Shown: one piece after another, positions 26,665 to 39,135 of the stretch
Layout: each line of letters starts with the position of its first letter
How positions within the stretch are numbered: position 1 is the first letter of the stretch
Assembly: GCF_000372725.1 (NCBI RefSeq)
Contig: NW_005201360.1
Span: forward strand, 270,881 to 334,880
Length of the DNA stretch: 64,000 nucleotides
Direction: 5' to 3'
Source: Emiliania huxleyi CCMP1516
Lineage: Eukaryota
The notes under the pieces: model-generated
What the model was told of the DNA's origin: nothing
Seen by the model: the letters and a program-made list of their open reading frames with translations, nothing else
Database searches by the model: none
Translations under genes and position numbers: made by a program

Positions 26665-28586
26665 ATGTTCCGCCGCAGCAAATCGCGGTCTGAGTCCCGG
26701 CACGACGTGCAGACAGAGGCGCGGCTCCGGAACCACCGCGAGCAAGAGGAGAAGCGGCTGGAGGAGGCGGAAGCAAAGAAGCAACTCCAGCAGAAAGCAG
26801 AGAAGCTCGCTATCAGCGAGCCTAAATCGAGCTCAGGGTCGCGGCCGCACACGCAGGCCCGCTCTGCCTTCCCATTCTACCCCGCCCGGGCCGTCGTGGC
26901 CGACGAGAAGGTGCCGTGGGCGGTGAAGTGGCCCGACTACTCGCCAACGACGTTCACGGCGCCGCACGTGCTCGCAAACGACAGCACGGTGAAGCCAGGC
27001 GGCTGGGCAGACCCCGTGGATCCGACGAGCGTCGACTGGCCGTGCCGCGCGTCGTACGAAGGCCCGATCGCCTTTGACGGCCATCAGCAGCCCCTCAACC
27101 CTCGCGGCCGGACGGGGATGAGCCAGCGCGGCTACCTCGGCAAGTGGGGTGTCCGAGCTCGCCGCCAAGCCGGTGCACCCGCCCTTGCCCCGTCCGCATG
27201 ACCACGTGGCGTGTCCTGCAGGCGCCAACCACGCCGCCGACCCGATCGTCACACGCTTCGACCCGGCGAGCGGCCGGCTGCAGGCCACTGCCGTCACCCG
27301 GATTGTGCTATCCTACTCATCACCATTATGTCACCGGCGAGCGGCCGGCTGCAGGTCGCCGCCATCGTCCGCTCGGATAACGGCGTCATCGCCCTGCCGG
27401 GCGGCATGGTGGATGCGGGCGAGATCGTCTCGGCGACGGTGCGGCGCGAGTTTGCGGAGGAAGTGCTCAATCTGCCGAGCGAGGCCCGCGCCGCCAGAGT
27501 GCACACCCGATCCGAGTGCACCTCGACCGCCGCCACTCTCTGAGCACCCAGCGCCCCCCCTCTGATCGCCCAACACAGCCCTCTGAGCACCCCGTACCAC
27601 CACCACCCTCTGTACCCCTCTATCGCCACCGCTTCTCCCGCGCCACTGCGCTGCACTCGCGAAGGACCGCCGCCTCCCGTCCCCGCACCACCTTCATCAT
27701 CCATCGATCTCCATCCATCTCGTACCTCTGGCCGCCGCATGCCCGCGAACCTCCCAGGCGCAGCGCTCCGAGGTGACACGGCTGCTCGACCAGCTCTTTG
27801 CGGGAGGCGGCGGCGGAAAGGTCGTGTACCGCGGCTACGTCGACGACCCGCGCAACACGGACAACGCTTGGTGAGCCGCCCGCCGCTGTGCCCTCGTGCC
27901 TCCACCCAAAGCCGCCTCCACCCAGCCCGCCGCCACCCAGCCCGCCGCCACCCAGCCGCCACACCGCAAGAGCGTGCCGCACTCGAGCGTGCCGCACTCT
28001 CGTGAGCTCTCCCCCCGCCGCAGACCCCTCCCCTCCCCCACCCCTTCCTTCCCCGCGCTCTCCAGGATGGAGACGACGGCGCGCTCCGCCTCCCGCGCGT
28101 CTGCACCTCGGCCGCACCTCGGCCGCACCTCGGCCGCCCCTCGGCCGCACCTCGGCTCCAGTCTCGTCACAGGCCTTCCACTTCCATGCGACCGGGGCGG
28201 CGGCGCGGCTGCAGCTCACTGCGGGCGGCGACGCGGCGCGCGCGTTCTGGCTGCCCGTCAGCCCGAGCAGCAAGGAGTACGCGAGCATGCTGGCAGACCA
28301 CCGGGCGTGGGTCGACCAGGCCGCACGCACCGCGCGCTCACAGTCACACCCGGAGTGGGAAAGCAGAAACCTGAAACCTGAACCTCGACCTCACCCTAAC
28401 CTGGACTTGCCCTGCCCTGCCCTGCCCTGAAACAAACAGGCGGCCGCCACGCTGCACAAAGGCGGCGGCGCATCCCAGTCAGCCTCCCTCGCCAGCCGCC
28501 CGCCCCCGGCGACGTCTTCGCAGCCCGCCGCGCAAGGTCTCGACGCGCGGCTGAAGAGCCTCGGCCAGGCGCGGGGGCGGCAGTGA
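26665..28586 (+). CDS. NUDT9: ADP-ribose pyrophosphatase (NUDT9-like), multi-exon
   Basis: [51 protein letters not shown]...[34 protein letters not shown]. Confidence 0.93.
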
Positions 28587-29282
28587 GGGGGCCGGCGGTG
28601 AGGGGGGCGCGGCGAGCATGCTTGGGAGGGAGGTTTTACGGTGTCCGTCGCCTGGAGGCGTGCGGCTCGGTACCGCGCCGCGTTGTCCCGGCAGAGCATG
28701 AACCGTGGACTACAACAACACGTACAACATGTACGGAGCGAGACCGTATCGGCCTTGCGGGTCTGACGAGATGCGGAGATTGAGTACGTGCAGGAAGAGG
28801 TAGGTTACAGGGTGGATAGAGTTACACGTGTGCGGAATTATTCTATCGCCGCGCGGGGTTCTCGCGCTCTCTCGCTCCGCACACGTCGCTTCAGCTGTGA
28901 GTCGGTGACAGCCCTCTCCCCTCGCTGCGACACTCTCCGTTTATTGCCGTCTTTCGGGTGGCCTCAATAAAGTTGTTCTGCCGGTGCGCCGGTCGAGATA
29001 CGCATGCAGCCTCACGCCCGCGGGCTCGCGCGGCGCCGCAGTGCAGGCGGACGGACGGCATGGCAAGGCGCGCGGGCCACCGCCCGCAGGCTCGATCCCA
29101 GCTGCCTCACAACAGCTCCCTGGCTGACAGCACACACGGCAGTCCCCCTGCTTCCGGACCTGCGTACTCCCCTCGACCGTCCACGCGGCTCTCACCGGGC
29201 GCGGCGGCGCGACGCCTCCCTCATAGAGCCTCTGAACGAGGAGTCCGGACCAAACACACACCGTCCTCGCTAGCAGAGCCCC

Positions 29283-30905
29283 TCAGAGCTCGTCCTTGCT
29301 CTTGCCCTTTGGGCCGCCGAACTGCGGCGACGGGGGAGGAGGCCAGGGCGGCGGTGGTGAGGGTGGTGGCGGGCTCGGCGTCGGCAGGCTGGGCGGCGGC
29401 TGGGCGGCGGGCTGGGACATCACCCAGACATCAGGCGGCGGGCTGGGAGGCGGCGGGCTAGGGGGGCGGGGGCGAGGGCGGAGACGGCGACGGTGGCCTC
29501 CTCCCAGGAGATGAAGCCGTCCTTGTCCTTGTCCTCCTTCTCCCACAGGCCCTCGGGCAGCTCTTCCTTGCCCTGCAGAGGGGCGGCGGGCGGCGCGGGG
29601 TCTGGGTCTCCAGCCACCGCTCTCCGAGGCTGCGGCTGGGGCAGAGGGCCGCTTCCGGCTCTCGGCGCTGCGATGGGCGAGGCGCGGCAGCTCGTCTCGT
29701 CGCGAGGAGTCGACGTCTCGGGGGTGCCTCGGGCGCGTCTCGAGAAGTGTCTCGAGAAGTGTCTCGAGAGGGTGAGTCGGGAGGTGCGTGTGAAGGTGCG
29801 TCGGAGGTGCGTCGGAATGTGTCGGAAGGTGCGTCGGAGGTGTGGCGGAGGTGACTCGGAGGTGTGGCGGAGGTGTTATCGGGAAGGGCGTGTCCTGCCT
29901 GCTGCTTGAAGAAGGCAAGCACCTCCTCCTTGGTCAGCTTGGCGTCCTGCGGGCACGGCTCCGAGAAGGCTCGAGAACGCTTCGACAAGGTTCGGGTGAG
30001 GCGCGCGGCCGGCGGCGGAGCAGCGCCTCTGTGGTTCGCTCGCTCGGCGTGTTGAGGTAGTCTCAGTCTGTCTCTCGTTGAGGGAGGAAGCGTCTCCGCA
30101 ATGTCTCGGAGGTGCCTCGGCAGTGTCTCGGAGGTGTCTCGGAAGTGTCTCGGAGGGTGGAGGTGTCTCGGAGCGACCTTGTCGGTATCGAGGTCCTTGA
30201 AGAGGTTTGGCTCGGGCGGCCCCTCGTCTGAGTGACTCACCACCTCCACGTCGAAGCTGAGCGCCTAACCTCGGCCGATCTCGGGTGATCTCGGGTGGCC
30301 TCGTCCGAATGGCTCGCCACTTCCGCGTCAAAGCTGACCGCTCCTCCCGGAATGTCGCCGCCCGCGCCGCGCGCGCCTGTCCAGCAGCTTGCAAGTGTGA
30401 AGCGGCGCTGCTCAAACACGGTGCCGGCGAGAAGGCAGAGCACCGTAGCCCATGTCGGGCGGGATCGTGAGCACCGCCTTGGCGCCCACGCAGAGCCCCT
30501 CAAGACCCTTATCCCAGCCCTGGATCACGCGGCCGGCGCCCAGCTGGAAGTCGAACGTCTTGCCGCGGCCACGCGACGAGTCGAACTGCTTGCCCGGCGT
30601 GCCCGCCGCGCTGTCCTTGTCGATGGTGCCCTGTTGCGCGGGAGATTGTGAGTGGTGGCGAGCGGCAGCGGCATATGTCTCGAACGCACAAATGCGGTGC
30701 GGGATCGCGGTCAGCGTGCTCTCGCTCTCTCCTAGGGGCTGCGATGTCGTGGCTTGCGCCGCACCGTGTAATGCATGGATACGTGCTCGCCCTTCTTGAG
30801 CTTGTCCGCATCCTCGCACTCCTTTGGGCCGTCATAGACTTCGACCTTGAGCTCAGTCACGGCGGCGGCGGCGCCGGACGCGAGGAGACTGCAGGCGAGC
30901 AGCAT
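29283..30905 (-). CDS. ER-lumenal FKBP-type PPIase with EF-hands (FKBP7/14-like)
   Basis: Signal peptide [55 protein letters not shown] loops [12 protein letters not shown] and [13 protein letters not shown]-terminal KDEL*. Confidence 0.93.
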
Positions 30906-31282
30906 GCGGAGCCTCGATTTATCTGTGACGCACAGGGAGAGGCGGAGCGCCGGCTTCACCGACGGTCGCCACTTTGTGTGAGGGTCGGTTTTTTCTTCTT
31001 TATCGCCACGGCGAAAGTCATTTTTCGATGGTGAGTGCCCGCGCCGCCTACTTCCGCGGACGGGCCCCTCCACCCTTAACGGTCATGCCCCGAGACGCTG
31101 TCGCTTGTCGTAGGAAAGAAAGAAAGAAAACATCGACCCGAAAGAAAGAAAGAAAATGGACGACCCAAGGGAGGGATGGGAGGACGGAAGAACCCCAAGG
31201 AGCGATCGCCCCGGTTTTCTTTTTCTATTTTTCGCGTTGGTCGCGCTTTGCTCTTTGGCTTTGCAGTGAGCCGAACGACCGC

Positions 31283-32014
31283 ATGATCGTGAGAGCTGGA
31301 CGCAGGATGGGCTCTTTTCTCCGCTCGGCGCTCCTCGCGGCTACCCTCCTGGCGCTCGTTCCACAGGCCACGGCGGCGCGGCGGCGGAGGCTGCGCGGCA
31401 GCCGCAACGCGACGCTGCCGTCCGACCCGACCTGCCACGCACGCGATCACGCGGGCTACGCCGGCGACAGGGCCGTCGTCTGGGGCGCAAACCTGCGGCT
31501 CTCCAGCGCGGCCGAGTGCTGCAGGGCGTGCCAGGCGCACGCGGCGGCCTGCGGGAGGGGCAACGCGGGTGCCGAGTGGTGGGGTCGCGCGTGCGGCCGT
31601 GCTCCCGGCTGCAACCTGTGGTCCTTTTGCCCCGAGGAGCAGTGCTTTGCATTTGACATCCACGTGCACCGCCGGGGCGAGTGCTGGCTAAAGCAGCAGG
31701 CCGAGGCGCCCACCCGTCCAAAGGATCCGTTCGAGGGTCACGCAGCCTTCCCGCCAGAGATGCGCGCCGCGCCGCGTCGGAGCTGGCCGTTTGCCGTGTC
31801 GTTGGCGGTGTGGCCCGGCCCGATGCCGGAGCGGGTGCCGTGGATCTCCGGCGTGCTCGCGCCGGCTGGCGAGGTCGTGGTCTCAGGCCGACCGAACGAC
31901 AGGTGGCGCGAGCGCTGGTGCACGCGGCACGGGCCGTGCACCGAGGTTGCCGACGCGGCTGACCCGTCGCTTGACGGCAGGATCGGAGTCGACGCCGACA
32001 ACCTGGCGCCGTGA
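31283..32014 (+). CDS. Secreted Cys-rich protein with PAN/apple-like domain, intronless
   Basis: Signal-like SALLAATLLALVPQATA; SAAECCRAC...CNLWSFC...ECWLK is the typical apple/PAN pattern. Confidence 0.7.
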   Translation: MIVRAGRRMGSFLRSALLAATLLALVPQATAARRRRLRGSRNATLPSDPTCHARDHAGYAGDRAVVWGANLRLSSAAECCRACQAHAAACGRGNAGAEWWGRACGRAPGCNLWSFCPEEQCFAFDIHVHRRGECWLKQQAEAPTRPKDPFEGHAAFPPEMRAAPRRSWPFAVSLAVWPGPMPERVPWISGVLAPAGEVVVSGRPNDRWRERWCTRHGPCTEVADAADPSLDGRIGVDADNLAP

Positions 32015-33134
32015 TCGAAGCTGCGCTCCAGTCCCGTCGCCCGTCAACGAGGACCCGCTAACCAGATGCCTCTCCTTCCAGATACCTCGCTCTGTTCAGC
32101 CCCTGTCACAGTAGATGGACAGAAATCGGCAAGAGAGGAGTATTAGCGAGAAGATAAAAAGGGTGGTCGCTAATACTAGAGAACTTTTCTACAATATGCT
32201 GCTCTGTGACAGCAAGCCAACGCGGAGGCGGCCATCGCCAAAGCCTGCGCCCTGCGGGACAGCACAAACGACCGGAGTCGTAAACGAACGCTCTAAAGTT
32301 TTAACTAAAGTGTAAAGACTAAACACTGACGACGCGCTCGTGAGACCGTTTCGCGTTTGCGGAGAGACGCGCCCACGCGTGAACGGCAGGAAATGCACCT
32401 CCTCCTCATTCTCAATGTTAACATTCTTATTTTGTCTGTTGCCCGCGACGGCGTGAGAATCTGTCCTACGGAATCTGTCGCACAGTAGTACGTTGTTGCA
32501 TGTGTTGGTTCGGTGAAAGAGCTGCATCGCTGCCCGGGGCAATCACTGCCGGGGCGTCCATATTCGCTCACAAGCCCAAGTCTCGCCCGTTGCGGCTATT
32601 GAATGCTCTCGCGCACTCCTTTCCGTAAAATCCCTTGTGCAACGTGTGGTGGCGGCGTGCCTCAACAGTGAGCGCGGCAGTGAAGTGAGTGATTTATGAT
32701 TGATTACTGCCCCCCCATCCTCCCTCCGAAGATTCGTTCACGGGGGGCGGCGGCGTCCACTCCGACTGCGCTGAGTGGTAGGCCCCCTACAGGCCCCCTA
32801 AGGGCCTAGAAAGCTCCTCTTGTAGCTCGATCCGGTCACACCGCCATCTCGACCGCCATCGCCGCCGACGTCTCACTGTGAGATGATGGAGAGGGGGGAC
32901 GACACTGCTCTGGCAGCGTGCACCTCGATCCTGTACCGTGTTTGTTAGGACCCCACCCAATGAACACACCAGTGAGGGAGGGCGAGACGATCGAGGGGTC
33001 CCGTACCACGCGGAATCGACCCTATCCAGTGCTCAAGTGCTCAAGTGCCTAGAAAGCGCGCCTCCCTCTCCCATTTTCTCAGAGAGTACCACAACGAAAA
33101 TGTTCTACCAAACAAGGCGCGATGTTTTACGCAA

Positions 33135-35057
33135 ATGTCGGCGGCGAGGCTGCTGCCGCTGTCCCTCGTGGTGGCGCGTGTTGACTTCCCAGCTCGCTGC
33201 GAAGCGTTCTGTCAGAACTCGTGCGATTACGCTCTGGGCTACCGCGACGAATGCGGTGCGTGCCCGGGAAGCCAGCATTGCTGGTCAGGCGCATTCGATG
33301 CTCCCATGCACGAGCGCGTGGAAGTGCTCCCGGCAGGCGGCGCGGTGATGGACGCGACAGAAGCGGCACGCGCGCCGACAGATGCACGCGACGCACGCGG
33401 CCTCACGGCCCTGCACGTCGCGGCACTCAACGGACACGCGCAGGTGGCGGGAACGCTGCTGGATGGCGGCGCGTTGGTTGACGCGAAGGAGCACACAGGA
33501 TGGACCGCGCTGCTCGTCGCTGCTGCCGGCGGCCACGCGGAAGTGGTTCGCGTGCTGCTGGCTGGCGGCGCCTCCGTGGAAGCAACGAACCATGACGGGC
33601 GGACCGCGCTGCTCGTCGCTTCTTACAACGGCCACGCGGAGGTGGTTCGCGCGCTGCTGGATGGCGGCGCATCGGTGGACGCGAAGAACCATGAAGGGCG
33701 GGCCGCGTTGCACTTTGCGGCTTACAACGGCCAGGCGCAGGTGGTTCGCGCGCTGCTGGACGGCGGCGCATCGGTGGACGCGAAGGACCCAACAGGGCGG
33801 ACCGCGTTGCACTTTGCGGCTTCGTACGGATGGGTGCAGGTATCCCGTGTGCTGCTGACAGCTGGCGCCACATTCTCCCGCACCGCGGACTCTTCCCTGT
33901 CGCCGCTGGACCTGGCTCTCTATCGCTCGTCGGTGGGGCCTGAGGATGCCGCTCGATCTCTCGAGCTGGTGCGCGTGCTGCTGAATAGCCGTGACGAAGC
34001 ACGTGCGTCGGTGGTCGAGGTCCATCCGCTCAATGGACAGGTTGCGATGCATTTGGCAGCGTACGCCGGTCAGCCGCGCATGTTGGACCTGCTCGAGCAG
34101 CATGGTGCAATCAGGGATTGCCGATATCACGTGCAGGCGGGCGATGGTCTCCAAGTGCAAGGTATGACGGCCGCAGCGCGCGAGGCTTACGCCGCCGCTC
34201 TCCGGCTCCCGTCCGCGTGTGAGGATGCCCGCTCGCGCCTGGTGCGACTAGAAGAGAGCGACGCAATCGCCAGCCCCGGAGCAAGGAGGCAAGATGCTGC
34301 GCAAACGGTGGCGCAGCTGAGTGCCGATACTTCGTCTCCGGGTTGGGTGCAACATGCCGTCGAGTTGTGGCAAGGGCAGGGAGTCGTGGCCTTTCCTTCT
34401 ATGCTAAACGCCTCGATGGTGCGCGCCTTGCGTGACCGTGCGCGTGCCGCGCTGCTCGATGGCTCGAGGCGCAACTACGCTGCTGGATACCGAGCAGCTG
34501 GCGACAAGGGCTCGCTTCGTCAGTGGGTTTACCTGGCGGTCGATGAGTCCCACGGAGTATTGCAGTCTGTTGCGCAGGTGCTTTCACCATTCTTGGCAGA
34601 CGCGCTGCAGAGCTCGCGACAGCTGGTGGGGGAGCTCGCTGTGCTGCGCACACGGGCGGGTAGTGTCGCGCAGGATTGGCACGTTGACACGTTCTTTGCT
34701 GACAAGCGGGTCGCTGCGGTGCAGATCTCACTCACGGACACGGAAGCCGCGCAGGGCGCTCTGGAGGTGTTGCCCGCGGATGCCAGTGGGCCGAATGTGA
34801 AGCTGCCGTTGCCTGAAGGGTCAGTGACGCTCTATCGTCTTGACTATTGGCATCGTGGGGGAGGGCACACGCTGTCAGGGAGGGAGGACCGCATCGTGCT
34901 GACGTCGGTTCTGGTGGGAGAACATGGCTTTGTGCCGTGCGAAAACGATATCAACATGCTGCCAGAGGATAGAGGACGATGGTGGATCATGGGCGAGCAT
35001 GTTGTGGCTGCGTCTGAGGAGGCGTCGTCAACGAGGGAAGGCGCGTCCCCGCCATAG
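33135..35057 (+). CDS. Ankyrin-repeat protein with C-terminal PhyH-like 2OG-Fe(II) dioxygenase domain, intronless
   Basis: Six or more G.TAL..AA..GH..VVR.LL..GA repeats; QDWHVD (HxD) and WHRGG (distal His); N-terminal Cys-rich motif after a hydrophobic leader. Confidence 0.85.
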   Translation: MSAARLLPLSLVVARVDFPARCEAFCQNSCDYALGYRDECGACPGSQHCWSGAFDAPMHERVEVLPAGGAVMDATEAARAPTDARDARGLTALHVAALNGHAQVAGTLLDGGALVDAKEHTGWTALLVAAAGGHAEVVRVLLAGGASVEATNHDGRTALLVASYNGHAEVVRALLDGGASVDAKNHEGRAALHFAAYNGQAQVVRALLDGGASVDAKDPTGRTALHFAASYGWVQVSRVLLTAGATFSRTADSSLSPLDLALYRSSVGPEDAARSLELVRVLLNSRDEARASVVEVHPLNGQVAMHLAAYAGQPRMLDLLEQHGAIRDCRYHVQAGDGLQVQGMTAAAREAYAAALRLPSACEDARSRLVRLEESDAIASPGARRQDAAQTVAQLSADTSSPGWVQHAVELWQGQGVVAFPSMLNASMVRALRDRARAALLDGSRRNYAAGYRAAGDKGSLRQWVYLAVDESHGVLQSVAQVLSPFLADALQSSRQLVGELAVLRTRAGSVAQDWHVDTFFADKRVAAVQISLTDTEAAQGALEVLPADASGPNVKLPLPEGSVTLYRLDYWHRGGGHTLSGREDRIVLTSVLVGEHGFVPCENDINMLPEDRGRWWIMGEHVVAASEEASSTREGASPP

Positions 35058-36525
35058 GAAAGGGAGAACGAGGATGCGACGCCGCTCTTAGACAGGACGC
35101 GAAGCAGCTCAGGGCCCGTACTGAAGCCATGATCCTTGATCGCCCCTCGGAGCTGTGTATAACCTCTGTGTACGTGCCATGCTGTGCGCTGAGGAACAGC
35201 ATGTGTCTGAATGAGGAACAGCTCTACCCAGAGGTAGAGCCGCTCTGCCAGAGAGCTGAGAGGGGCGCGGTGAATCGGTGTTGTCGAGATCTGTGATCTG
35301 TGATCTGTGAGGGTCCGCCCGCAGGCGCATTTTGTATACCGAGGCGGTGCCCGGTGCCGAACCTGTCGGACCTTAAGACAGCATTGTAGATCCCTGGGCG
35401 AGGGTGATGGCGTCCCCGTCGGGAGGGGCTGTCTGGGGGGGTGCCCTCCCACCGTCACCTCACCAGGCAGCGTCCCGGTGAGTACGGCGATCAGAGCTCC
35501 GTCCAGCTCCCCCGGTCGTCGCGCTAAACCGTAACCCGCCGAGGCGGGCCGGATCCACGCGTTGCCAGACTGTCCCGTTGGAGGTAGGCCGCTCGTCTAG
35601 CCAATCAGCCTTAAGCGAGCGGCCTGGCCGTTGGAATGGCCGGGTGGAGAGGGGCGGAGTCGGCTCGGAAGCGCGACTGCAGCCACGGGGACTGCCCGCC
35701 CACTCTCGTCGAGATCTGTTGAAATAATGCTTCTCATCGCGCAAACCCCGTCAGCAGCCTCCTCCTCCAGGGGAATGTACGTAAGAGCACATAGGGCTTA
35801 GGGGCCTAGAGAACACAACCCGCCCTCCCTTTTCTCCCAGTACGGGGTGTGGACCGTGAGTTGACCAGGGGTTGTGCGCCGGGCCCTCCTGCTCGGCTCC
35901 AGCGAGTAGACAAGTGTTACCATCAACAGAGGAGAAGGATCTGACCTCGGGGCTGATGTGACCAAGCGCTGGTAGCGTGGTTTTACCTCACACCCATGGT
36001 CTCACAGTGTGCCGGCAGTCGCCGAGCAGTGTCGCTCACACATGCCGCAGCACAAGTGACTGAGGGCCAGTGAGGGCGAGCCCATCGCTGTCACAGCTGC
36101 GGCAGCCGCACAGTAGGCTGTGCCAACTGTGCAGAGCGTGTGAGCAGCAGAGGAGCTGCTCTCAAGGCTTCAGGCGCAAAGAGCTGCATGCCACCGAAAG
36201 CGCTGTCGAGGTTCGCCGAGCGCGGCGCAGGTTGGAGGAAGCCGTCACCGACGAGCGCGTTGGACTTTTCACTCCGGACAAAGACGGGGACACAGCGGAT
36301 GGTGCGGGGTGTGTCCCCGTCATAGCGGCGAGGCGCGGGACCGTCTGTGGCGAAGTGGGTCGCGTCCTCCGATTTCCTCAACTCACGGTCCGCTCCCTCT
36401 ACAAGCTAAAAGTACGCACACTGAAATGTGAAAATGTCCGCGCCCCACGGCGGCCCACGCCTGCGCCTCGCGATTCGAGCCCTTTGTACAGAGATTTATA
36501 ACGTATCGCAAAACTCGTGTCACCA

Positions 36526-38181
36526 CTACGCGCCCAGCGCGCGCTCGAGCGCCGCCCTCCGCGCCAATCGCTCGGCCTCCCTCTGGACGCCGTGCGAGGA
36601 GGATGGCGGCGCGCTCCGCCGGGGTGCGCGCCTCGAGGCACGCCTGAAAGGCGGAAGCGTCGTCGACGCCCGTCTGAGCGATGGCGTCCGCCGCGCGCGC
36701 GTCCAGGTCAGCGAGCCTGGCCCGGTCGGCCTGCTCGAGCGTCTCCTCGCGCACCGGGATCTGGAGAGCGCCGCCCTGGCGCAACTTTGCGTCGATGAGC
36801 AGCTCGTCGCGCTCGGCGCGGTGTGCCGCCGCCGCGCCGGCCTGCCGCGTGGCGCAGTGCGCCTGCCACAGCTCGAGCGCGCCCCACCAGTCGGCCTCCT
36901 CGGCCAGCGCCGCCGCACGCTCGAGCGAGCCGACCAACGCGTCAATGTCTTTCGCGCCCGCCGCGCCGCTCAAGCCGTCGGTCGCCAGCAGAGCATCGAT
37001 CAGCTGGTAGATGGCGTCCGCAACGTCACTCGCGGCCGCCGCGCCCATCCACCAAACCTCCTGCTCTGCGGCGCCTGCCGCCGCCTCCACAGCCGCCGCC
37101 TCTAATGCCGCCGCCGCCGCCGCCGCCTCTACCGCCGCCGCCTTCGCCTCGCCCTCGCCGTCGTCCTCGTACGGCGCGACGTCCGCCACCAGGTACTCGT
37201 CCCGCTGCGGCTTTCGCCACGCCTCGAGGTTTGCGCACGCGACAACTCGCACGCGCCCGACCACGGAACACCGGACCTCGAGCACCCCTCGCTCGTTTTC
37301 CGACGCGCCTTCGGCGAGCACGCGGCCTGAGTAGTCGCGCGGCGCGGGTCGCACGTCGTCAATCCTCAGCAGCGCGCCCACGCTTGCGCAGCTCGCCCGG
37401 TCGGCGGAGACGCGAGCGGCGACAAACTCGGCGCGCTCCCTGCACATGGCGATGTTCCGCGCCTCGATGTTGCGCACCACGCACTGCGAGCCGGGCAGAT
37501 AGACGGCGGGCAGCGGGTACAATGCCACCTGCCGCGTGCCGCGTCGAGGCGAAAGGGCGCGAGCGGCACCGGCGCGAGGCTCGCTCGCGTGCTGGCGCGT
37601 GGCGTCGCCCGCCCGGCGGCCCGCCGCTCCGGCAGCTGCTGCTGTCGCAGCCTCACGGCGCTCGCTCGCACGCCGAGACTGTGCACGCGTGGCGCCGCCG
37701 GCCGCAGCGCGCAGTAGTGATGCGACGCATCGAGAGAGACGACGATGCCGCGCAGTCGCAGGACCTCGCGGTGGTGCAGGCGTGCTGCTCGCAAGCAATC
37801 CGCCGCAGCTCGAGCGCGCAAGTAGGCCAACGGCTGGTCGTCCGGAGGCGCCGCCGCCGCACCCAGCTCTTCCAGCTGGAAGACGAGCTCTGGGGTCGCG
37901 CCTCGCCACCAGCAACGCCGATGGCAGCCACCAAACTCGAAGCACGAGTTGTCGCCACTGTCGAGCTTCTTGCACTCCCAGTATTGCTCCAGCCATCGCC
38001 GCAGGAGGTGAGTCGCCTCGCGCCGAGAGCGAAAGGGCCCGGCGTCCACAGCCACCCCCAGCGCTTGCAGCTGCGCTTCGCGAGAGCCATCGGCCTCGCC
38101 TCTCTTTGGCGGCGGTCCACCGCCGTACGGGAGGAATGTGTATGCGACCGCGAGCTTTGAGAGTATGATGGCCGCAGCCAT
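36526..38181 (-). CDS. Lon protease N-terminal (substrate-binding)-like domain protein; possible frameshift near the 3' end
   Basis: VALYPLPAVYLPGSQCVVRNIEARNIAM...SVGALLRI...VRCSVVGRVRVV...YLVADV resembles LON_substr_bdg; no AAA or protease domain seen. Confidence 0.6.
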
Positions 38182-38388
38182 TTCTCACACACGGCTCCAC
38201 GGAAGAGAATTCGTGCCGGGCCCTGGAGTGTGGGTGAACCCAGCCCATGTCTGACTATTGTGTTGACTCTGTCTGTTATCCTTGATTTACACAGCTGGGG
38301 AGTTGGGACTGAGGATCTGAGGTTGTGTTTTTGTGTGAAAAGGGAGACAGTGGCGAAGACAATGGTGAGCTTGCGTCGGGGGGAAAAA

Positions 38389-38470
38389 TGCGCGCGATGG
38401 GGTTCGAACCCATGCAGCTTTCGCTACGCGAACTTGAGTCGCGCTCCTTAGACCACTCGGACACACGCGC
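38389..38470 (-). tRNA. tRNA-Leu(CAA)
   Basis: GCGCGTGTGTCCGAGTGGTCTAAGGAGCGCGACTCAAGTTCGCGTAGCGAAAGCTGCATGGGTTCGAACCCCATCGCGCGCA folds to a cloverleaf with long variable arm and CAA anticodon, followed by a T5 Pol III terminator. Confidence 0.96.
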
Positions 38471-38862
38471 GTTGAGCAGCCAGAGGCGGCTCGAACTGGC
38501 AGCCACTCGCCCGAAATCGAACGGCGGAGCGACACTACCAGCGTGGGTTGCACGAGAGCAAAACATGCAAAACAAGTGCCTCATAACTGTTACAAAAAAT
38601 ATATGTGGCGAGGCGTATCGATGTGGATGCGCGGTGTACGAGAACGTGTGAGCCGCCCCGGAGGACCTATCTCGGAGGTGCACGACCTGTCTCGCTGCCC
38701 GATCTTCTCCCAGTACTCAGCACTTTCGGTTGGTGAGGACCCTAACCGCGCCCCTGCCACAGTCATGTTATTGGAAGGAGCCACTCCCCTCTACGGACGC
38801 AACGTCTTCAAGCAAGACCCCAGCACGGTCCCCGGGGCTTGGACGCCTCCGCGCGCGGCTGA

Positions 38863-39014
38863 TTCCAAAGGAGGGATGGGAGGACGGCACGCCGCCACCA
38901 CACAGGGATTTCAAGGGGAGAAGTGTGGTGCTAGCCGTCGCCCACCCTCGGGCGTCTACCACTTCCTATCTCTCCTCGCAGTTTCTCACCAATTCTCGCA
39001 GCGACCTTCATGCC
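38863..39014 (+). repeat. Dispersed repeat family B, copy 2
   Basis: Matches 5821-5946; its 3' part CCAATTCTCGCAG..CGACCTTCAT also matches about 5460-5484. Confidence 0.85.
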
Positions 39015-39135
39015 ACCTCACGTTCTTCCCACTCTCGTCCTCGGTCTCTCTCCTGCTGTTTCATCCTCTACTCATCGCTCTCCTCGGCCCTAGGGAAAAA
39101 TTTCTCTGACCCTTCGCAGATCTGGCCCGGCCACG

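Noticed and set aside
32779..35810. GGGCCTAGA-type motifs flanking the ankyrin gene as possible ends of a cargo-carrying element
   Set aside because: The match is short and imperfect, and no TSD was found.
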